Source of the DNA: Lama glama
Lineage: Eukaryota
Direction: 5' to 3'
DNA length: 64,000 nucleotides
NCBI GenBank assembly: GCA_028534125.1
Contig: CM052817.1
Location: forward strand, 5,086,001-5,150,000
Shown here: piece after piece, positions 53,961-64,000 of the stretch
How positions within the stretch are numbered: position 1 is the first letter of the stretch
How the letters are laid out: every line of letters starts with the position of its first letter
Notes under the pieces: generated by a model
The model's database searches: none
Seen by the model: the letters and a program-made list of their open reading frames with translations, nothing else
Told to the model about the DNA's origin: nothing
Made by a program: the position numbers and the translations under genes

Positions 53961-56900
53961 GAGTTCTCCAGATTGAGACTTCCATCTCCTCCCCAACAAA
54001 ACGAAAACGCCTTCACAGACAGTGTGCAGGGCAGGTGAGATGACTCTTTTGTTCCCCAAGGAACAGCGCTTGCTTGTGGTCAGGGCTGGAAGGAGTTAAA
54101 TTCGTAGCGCTAGGGCCGAAGTTCTGAGCGGCCCGTTTTCCAGCCCCAAAGAGCGGGTCGGGCAAGAAGTGACCCTCAACGAGTGAGAGTTGGGCAGTAC
54201 GGGAAAGCGTGGATCCCCAAGTGGAATCTGTGTTCGAATCTCCGCTCCCCTAACTGGCTGTGTGACCTTGGGAAAACCACGTAACCTCTCTGGACCGCAA
54301 TGCTCTCTCATAAAAAATCTCCTAGTGTTCTTGGGAAGCGCGGGGGAGGTGTCGTGTGCCGGAACTCCAGCGCACAGTAGGCTGCGTTAAGCGCCGGCTC
54401 CTCCTCCATCAAAACCTCCCAGCGAGGTAGGTGGCTACTCTGCGCGATTGATCCGACGTTTCCTGCCAGGGAAGGAAATTGATCCTTAAAGGATCAGACC
54501 CGGGAACCCCTGCCCACTCTGCCCTCGTCTGATAAACAAGCAACTGCGTTCCAAGGACTAGGCTAGACGAGAAGCAGTACCCCAGCCCCTCCTCGAATTC
54601 CCGCTAGACCCAGCTGAATCTGGCTCAGGGTCCTCACCCCACAGCAGCGCGCCGCCCTGACGCAGCAAACATTTATTGAGCACCTTATGTGTGCATGCCT
54701 GGTAGAGGGAGGGAATTCAGAAACAAAAAAGGGAGCAAAGAAAGGGCTGGACGAAAAGAAACAGAATGGGGAAACCAGGAGACAGAGAAGTGGAAGGAGA
54801 TCCGGACCCAAGGCGGGCAGAAGGGCTGGGGCGCGCGCAGAGACGGGCACGGGCGGGGGTCTCAGGGCGGCGGCGAGTTCCAAACCGGTGGGGGAAGGGG
54901 AAGCGCCTGCCTCGCCTGCAGCTACCGCCTTGCTGGAGCCGCGGCGCGTCTGCCGAGCGCTAGCCGTTGCTCATTACTGCAATTATGTTGCTCTAAGTTT
55001 GCTTCGACCCTAAATTGCCAAGTTTCAAGGAGCCAGGAGGCCCTAGAGGCCGGGCCGGAGGAGACACCCGATCCTGCCCCGCCATTCCCTTATCCCGCAC
55101 ACGTGGAAAAGACTCCAGTGTTGCCGACGCACCATGAGCTGAGAAAATTCAGATCCACCCGGTATTCCCTGAGCTACCTCCTGCGCGGGGGCTCCTTGAC
55201 ACTTGACCAAAATCCTGGGGGCAGGGGAAGGATTCTCAGGCCCATTTCGCAGATAAGAAAACTGAGGAATGGAGAGACAGGGATCTTCCCTACCCAAAGT
55301 CAGGCAGTCAGGAAGTGGCAGGGCTGGAATGAACCACCTGGGCTTGTCTGACTTCAAGTTCGCTACCACCCTCAGGATAGAAGAGTCGCTAAGGGTGTTC
55401 CAGAAAGGAACCCAGAAGATCTGAGGAAGCCAGGGTCACTAGCCTTGCTGAGTTTATAGAAGGGGGAAATCCTTTCCGTGTCTGCAAGAAACAGTGATGT
55501 ACCTCGGCCCTCAAGCGCCTGTAAAGGGCTGAGTAGGCCGATGAGTCTGAGACATTTTCAGGTGGGACACCCCTCTTTTGGGGATGAAGAGGTCCAACTC
55601 GGGTTCTGGCCGTGCCTGTGTTAGCGCAGAAGCCAAGGACTCCCCTAGACTGTCTGGTGCAGCAGAACTACACTCCGAGACAAGCTTGCTTTCTTTTCTT
55701 AGGGAGGGGAGTCGTGACAAGTTCAGACTGCGGCCCCAGCCTTCCGGACAGAACCTTTGGCGGAGCTACCGCGGCTGCAGGATCTGAGACCCAGGGTACC
55801 CCGGAACTTGCCTGGCGCCAGCTGAGAGCCCGCCTAGAGTGCGTGGGCGCAACCCTGTGCTGTCCTGCAATTCCTAGGCTGACCTCCCACCCCTGGAGAT
55901 AAAAACCCCCGCAGGGCGCCCCAGACTCGGTTTCCTGGTTGTGTGAGACGGTCTCCGTCTATGGAGAAGTCCATCCTCCGTAAGTCTAACGCCAAGTACT
56001 TCGGGTTTTGCCGTAGGATTCCTTGGTCTGCTGTAGGCTGTTCGTTGCAAAGACTCACTGCAAAGGCTTCCAGGGGCTGCCCTGCGTGGGGTTGGGAAGC
56101 GCGGGACAGAGGTGTCGGGAGAGGGCGCAGATCTGGTGAGAATTAAGCCAGGGCCCCCACATCGAAAGGGAACTGAGCGGCGCCTGGAACATAGTAGGCT
56201 TTATTTACTAGAGGTCATTTTCTGTGGTCAACATCCTTGCGCAATTGCCCCCAGAAGGCTAAACTTGGCACTTGTTCAAATATATTCTGCTAGCCTACAT
56301 TTAACCTACTATATAAAAGAAAAACCAAATTTGTAGGCAGGGATCCTGCAAAGGACACACCAAAGCAGGAAGTGTATGGTCAACCCTGGGTTTTCAGTGA
56401 AGTGTTTTGTTGTGTTTTGTTTTTTAAGGGGTTGTAATAAGGAGTGTGAAGGCGGTCACATTCTGGCAGCTCAAAATTAGTTCCACAAACCGCGTCTACA
56501 CAGGCAGCAGCGATTTAGAGAAGCAAACCAGGGCCTCTCCATCCCCCACCTGGCCTCCTGTGGGAAAAACAGGTTTGTGGGGGTGGGAATTGTCTGGATT
56601 AGCTGTCTGCAGTCATCAAACCATTTGGGTGATTCGCTTTGTTTTCACAGACAGGTTAAAAGGGGAGAAAAAAGAAAGAGTCCGTTATGGGTCGCCTGAG
56701 CAAGTGTCGATTTCAGCTTAAAGTGAATTGGAAAATTGAGCCTAATTATCCTAGGTAATTGCTTCAATTCTCCACTTGACTTTGCTAATGCAGATCTGTC
56801 CTGGGGTATGTTCAAAAAGACAGCCCCCTCTGTCCCTGAATATCTTGTTGTCACCTTTGAAAAGTTGCTGGCGTCAAACTACCATCAAACTGAAAGGCAA

Positions 56901-56978
56901 TTGTATATGTGATGAGACGGCAAGAAGTAAAATTAAAAGACTAAATCAGTAAGATCGTTTCTTGTAGCTTAAAATTAA

Positions 56979-56984
56979 TTTATT
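56979..56984 (-). terminator. Polyadenylation signal AATAAA of MSX1
   Basis: Minus strand reads ttgttaAATAAAttaattttaagctaca. UGUA elements lie upstream and T-rich sequence downstream. Confidence 0.75.
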
Positions 56985-57649
56985 TAACAAATATAGCTAT
57001 AATATAAATGATAATAAAATTTCAAATATACAGTATATTACAACAATCCCTTCCAAAGGGAATCTTGAGAGCCACCCAAATGTACTGTTAAATAGAAACA
57101 GAATTTTTCGTTTTTATTTTACAATTTTTTTCCGGTACTGGTGAGAGAGAGGTCCCTTCAACCTACCTTTGTCGCGCATCTCTGCATCCCTCCCCCTCAA
57201 AAGCAAATGTCCTGCTGTTACAGTTCGTAAGTTTTCCAATGGCAGGACCCAGGATCCAGGCATGTTCTTCTCTTTCTCTCTGACTGTTCTCATTTCCAAA
57301 ATCTTCCAACACGAATTTCTCTGTGCTTTTCCTGCCTAGTGTCAGGACAGGAGGCAACGATGCAGGAGACCTGGCCTCTAGTTCTGGTCCAACCACGAAC
57401 TCTGCTGGGGACTGTGGATCCGTTTCTCAACCTCTCTGGCCTCAGTTTCCCCATCTATAACACAAGGGGGTAGATCTAGATTCTGGAAGAGCTTTATGGG
57501 ACCCTTCTAGCCATTCGGGGGAGGGGATCAGACTTCAGAGAGTGAACTTAGGGAGCAACCGAGGAAAAATCGGAGCAGTGTGGGGGTTTAAAGGGAAGCA
57601 GCCAGGCGGTGCCCAACAGGGAGCGCCTGGGGAAGGCTCCTGCTGTTTG

Positions 57650-60504
<2,855 letters not shown>

Positions 60505-60973
60505 TGGCCGGAGGCGGGGAGAAGCGGGGGTTCTGCATCCACGGGGTCCTCTCGGGCTTCTCGGGGCTCTCAGCTTTGACGAGGGCATCGTCTGGCAGCT
60601 TGAGGAGTCCTCCCACCGAGAAATGGCCTAGCGGTCGCGGCGAGGACGGCGCGTCTGGGGCGCCCAGCGACCCAGGCCGGGCGCCCAGGGGCTGCGCGGA
60701 GCCGCCCGCCGCCTGTGAGCCCTCGGAGGCCGCCAGGACGCTGTCCTTGGCCCCGGGCTTCCTGTGATCGGCCATGAGCGCCTCCACGCTGAAGGGCAGA
60801 AGCGAAGGAGACACTTTGGGTTTGGCCCCCTCCTCGTCTGCGCCCATGGCGGCTGCCGTGGCCGAGGTGGTGCTGGGGGTCTGGCCCCCGCCGCTCCCCG
60901 CCGGCTTGCCGAAGGCGGAGTCCTCCACTTTGACACCGAGTGGCAAAGAAGTCATGTCAGCAGCCGGGGCCAT
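60505..60973 (-). CDS. MSX1: MSX1 (Msh homeobox 1) coding exon 1
   Basis: Translates to [18 protein letters not shown]...[11 protein letters not shown] (eh1 motif)...HFSVGGLL...[14 protein letters not shown]. Splice donor A|GTGAGT, with GT at 60504-60503. The exon is 469 nt, phase 1. Confidence 0.97.
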
Positions 60974-61023
60974 GCAGAGCCGGGTCCCCCCTCCAGCCGC
61001 AGCTCGGGCCAGCCGCCGGGCAT
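60952..61023 (-). other. Overlapping upstream ORF (23 aa, [23 protein letters not shown])
   Basis: ATG at 61023-61021 is out of frame with the CDS. TGA at 60954-60952 overlaps the Met7 ATG. Translation is not demonstrated. Confidence 0.55.
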
Positions 61024-61199
61024 GAGCTTCGGGCGGGCTGGGAGCGCGGCCGGCCTCTGGGAGCGCCCGGGGCCCTGGCCGGGCGGGCCTTCCCGCGCGC
61101 GCCTCCCGCCCCTCCCCAGAAGGCCAGCTCTGGCGCTCCGGGCCTGGTTCTCCGCTGGCGCCGCGGCGCAGGCCGAGTTCCCGGGCGCACTAGCCGGCT

Positions 61200-61310
61200 C
61201 CGGGTCGGGCAGCCGCTCCCCAGAGAACTTGTTAATAAGGCGAAGCCAGCGCGGCGGCGGCCAATCAGCGCGCGAGGGGGCGGGCCCGGAGCGATCCATT
61301 GGGCCCCGCT
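61200..61310 (-). promoter_or_regulatory. MSX1: MSX1 core/proximal promoter
   Basis: CCAAT at 61261-61265 (+) and ATTGG at 61298-61302 flank a GC box (GGGGGCGGG, 61276-61284). A TATA-like TTATTAA (minus, 61238-61232) sits in a CpG island about 260 nt upstream of the ATG. Confidence 0.75.
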
Positions 61311-63504
61311 CCTGCGGACTTGCCCCGAGGCGCCCTGGGCCTGGGGGCGCGCAGGGCAGGGCCCGGCCCGCGGAGAGCAGAGGAGGGGAGGGGGCGCGCG
61401 AGAAACTTTCCTCCGAGCTAAAGCCCTGGCCGCCTCTCTCCGTGTGGGTCTCCCTGGGTCTCTGTTTTTGTGTGTCTTGGATTCTCTCTCGCTCCTTTTC
61501 CTCTGCTCTCCCTTCTCCAACCCTTCCCTTATCGCCCCTCTTCCCCACCCCTCCCCTTCTCCTCTACTTTCCTGTTTCTCTTATCGCTCCTCTTACCTTT
61601 CTCTTTAGTCAGTTGCTGTCCGTTTCTCCCTAGTGAATAGTGGAGGATCGTTTCCCTACCACGATAATTCGAATTGAGGCCATTTCTTACATATTCCTTT
61701 TTATAGTTTAAAAAACCTGCAGGGTTAGGTATTACAGTATAAAGACATAATAGTTTCTTTTTTAAACGCCTTCATTTCCTTCTGTTTCAATTTTCAAAAC
61801 TTTACCTCTACGTGAAAGTGGACCTTTGTCTTCTAAGCGCCTGACTGAAGTTTGCCTAAGCCACGCTCCTGTGGTGCTATGAATGTTAAGAATAAGAATA
61901 CATTGTTACCCGGAATCGATAATCGAGTTTCATACCTGATGTGCGCTTTCTCCTCTGTGAACTACTTTTGGGAGGATTACAACACGTATACCGGCGACGG
62001 GCTTGGGGGAAGGGGTTAGTTCTTTTGATATAGAACTTAAATGAATATAAAACCAACAGAAGGTCAAAAAACACTGATCTGGCCTTAACATGACCTCGAA
62101 CAGCGCACCCGCAGAAACAGTAACACCTCGCTGTCTCTGGATCGCTGATCTCGGTGGGGTGGTGGCACAGGCACATCTGGGAGAGAAGGCCGGGAAAAGA
62201 TGACTGTTCTCGGCAGGATCCTTGGTGCTGGGCTGGAGAACTTTTATTTTGTCAGTTTCGGAGGAAACGTGATTTTATTTTTTGCTGTTAAAAGACACAG
62301 GGGCAAATGAGATGAGGGTGTGGGGAGAAGTAAGATTTACACAAAGTGGGGTTGGGGCTCGGCGGGTTTTCTGCGCCTCCTCTTTATGGCCTCTTATCCC
62401 GGGGCCCAGGCTGGCGGCTCCCGGGGAGCTAGCGGCGGTGATTGGCGGCTCTCCGGGACCGACCATTGATGACTGCGGGGTTCTAATCTCCAGGAAACAC
62501 AAGGGGCTGCCGTGACCATTTAGGGGGTAATTATCCGAGCGCGCAGGGACAGCGAATTCCCTCGCCTTTTAACTGGGCGCAATAAAAACTGTAGATTAGG
62601 GGAGTCCAGATTAAGGAAAATGAATTACTAAAGCGGGAACTTTATTACCCGGACGGCGTCCGGGGTCTGGCGGGAGGGGTCGGGTTGCGAGCGCTGAGGC
62701 GGCTGGAAGCCTCACATCCGTCCACAGACGCTCAGGCCCGGGGCGGGTTCGGGAATACTCGGTCTGTGAAGTCTAAGCCGCCTCTCCAGACTTCTTAGCC
62801 CTGAGACTGCAGCACAAGCATCCGGCAGTGTTTAGGGCCCCCAGCTCGCGTAGGGCCCGGCTGGAGCCACGGCGAAGGGACACGGCCTCTCCAAAGGCAC
62901 CAGGGATCAAGGAGAATAGTGTCCCTCCTCCAGGCGGGGAAATCGCAGTCCCAGAGGTTTGCCTGGGGGAACAAGGATGTAAGGCCATACAACCCAACTT
63001 TAGAGCTGAGTGACCTGCCATTCAGCAAGGCCGTAGGCCCAACATCTTGCTAACAGCGCAGCCCGGATGGCCAACTTCTATTGCCCGCATTTCCAATTAA
63101 ACTTTCCCTGGAACAGGCGAGCCGGAATCTCACTCTGTACTCGGATTGAAGAGGGAGAGGAAACCGAGGCTTCTTGGCTGTTTAGGTGAACACTTAAAAA
63201 GTGAGAAGTGTGTCTTTCGGATGGGACCTACTTTGTTGCACCCTTGCCTCCCAGATCACCTTGAGAATCTGATATAACTAAGAACTTCCTAACTAGAAAA
63301 CGCACATCAGCAGAAACAACTTCAAAGGCTCTGTAGCCACTTGGAGACCTCCAGATAAGGACCCTTGCTTTAGGGTGGAGCTGGGGCTCGAACTCCAAGA
63401 GTGGAGGCGCGCGGCGCAGAGGGGGCTCAAGGCTGTGTCCGGCGGGCGCAGCAAGGCCAGGCCGCAGGGCGGGGGCCGGACGGCCGGGCGGCGGGAGAAG
63501 GGCC

Positions 63505-63615
63505 GCATCGCTAATTGCGGGGATAAACAATCTGTCACGATCCCTCAGAGCGCCTAATAGGCAGACGAGGATGTTGTTTTTAGGCGCCAGCGGCGGCCCG
63601 ATCAAAGGCAGCAGC
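63505..63615. promoter_or_regulatory. Probable MSX1 proximal enhancer (homeodomain/FOX/TALE/SMAD/TCF sites)
   Basis: CTAATTG 63511, TAAACAA 63524, CTGTCA 63532, CAGAC ~63562, GGCGCC 63583 and ATCAAAG 63601, about 2.3 kb upstream of the promoter. Confidence 0.6.
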
Positions 63616-64000
63616 CGGCTCAGGGGCCCTTGAAGTCGCGCCCCCGCCTCCTGGGAGCAAACCTCCTAAGCCCGCAGCCCCCAGCCCTGCCGCCCGCCCC
63701 TCGGCTTCGCGAGCCCGTCCCGAACCCCATGGCATCTTTTTAGGTTCGGTCTGGGTTCGTGTCAGCTCTGGCTCGGCGCGGCGGATTAGCGGCAAGCACG
63801 CGTTGCAGAGAGAGAAGAGTGTCTGCAGAGGGAAGGGGGTTCAGAGTGGATTCCACGCGGAATCCATGCTCAGATAGCGCGGAGCTCTTCCACTTATCTG
63901 CCCCTGGACTACGGAAGAAGATGCCCACGGTCTCAGGGAAGGGAGTAAGAGAAAAGAAACAAAATGTCTATCTGTCCCCCTGGCGTGTTGTTCCCGCGGG

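Noticed and set aside
60764..61633. Long ORFs (187-289 aa) across the MSX1 promoter
   Set aside because: Low-complexity Pro/Gly/Ala/Arg products expected from stop-poor CpG-island DNA.

Overview
Mammalian genomic DNA, most likely a camelid. The basis is the tRNA-derived SINEs resembling the camelid Vic-1 family plus cetartiodactyl-type L1 3' ends, recalled from consensus sequences and not searched. The only supported protein-coding gene is the two-exon homeobox gene MSX1 on the minus strand: CDS 60973-60505 + 58145-57703, 912 nt, 303 aa. It has a CCAAT/GC-box promoter near 61.2-61.3 kb, a poly(A) signal near 56,980 and a motif-dense upstream enhancer near 63.5 kb. About 48-64 kb is a CpG-rich domain with few young repeats. 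The first ~47 kb is a gene desert downstream of MSX1, filled with truncated L1s, SINEs, MIR/L2, MLT/LTR elements, hAT MITEs and a decayed ERVL. Nearly all other ORFs in the track are spurious. I found no evidence of a new multi-gene system. The most interesting signals are: an overlapping uORF whose stop codon overlaps the second MSX1 AUG (AUGA); an antisense-oriented TATA box in the 3' UTR; a tandem heat-shock-element array; orphan CpG islands with a CTCF-like site; and several atypical L1 insertions. Repeat boundaries and subfamily names are approximate.
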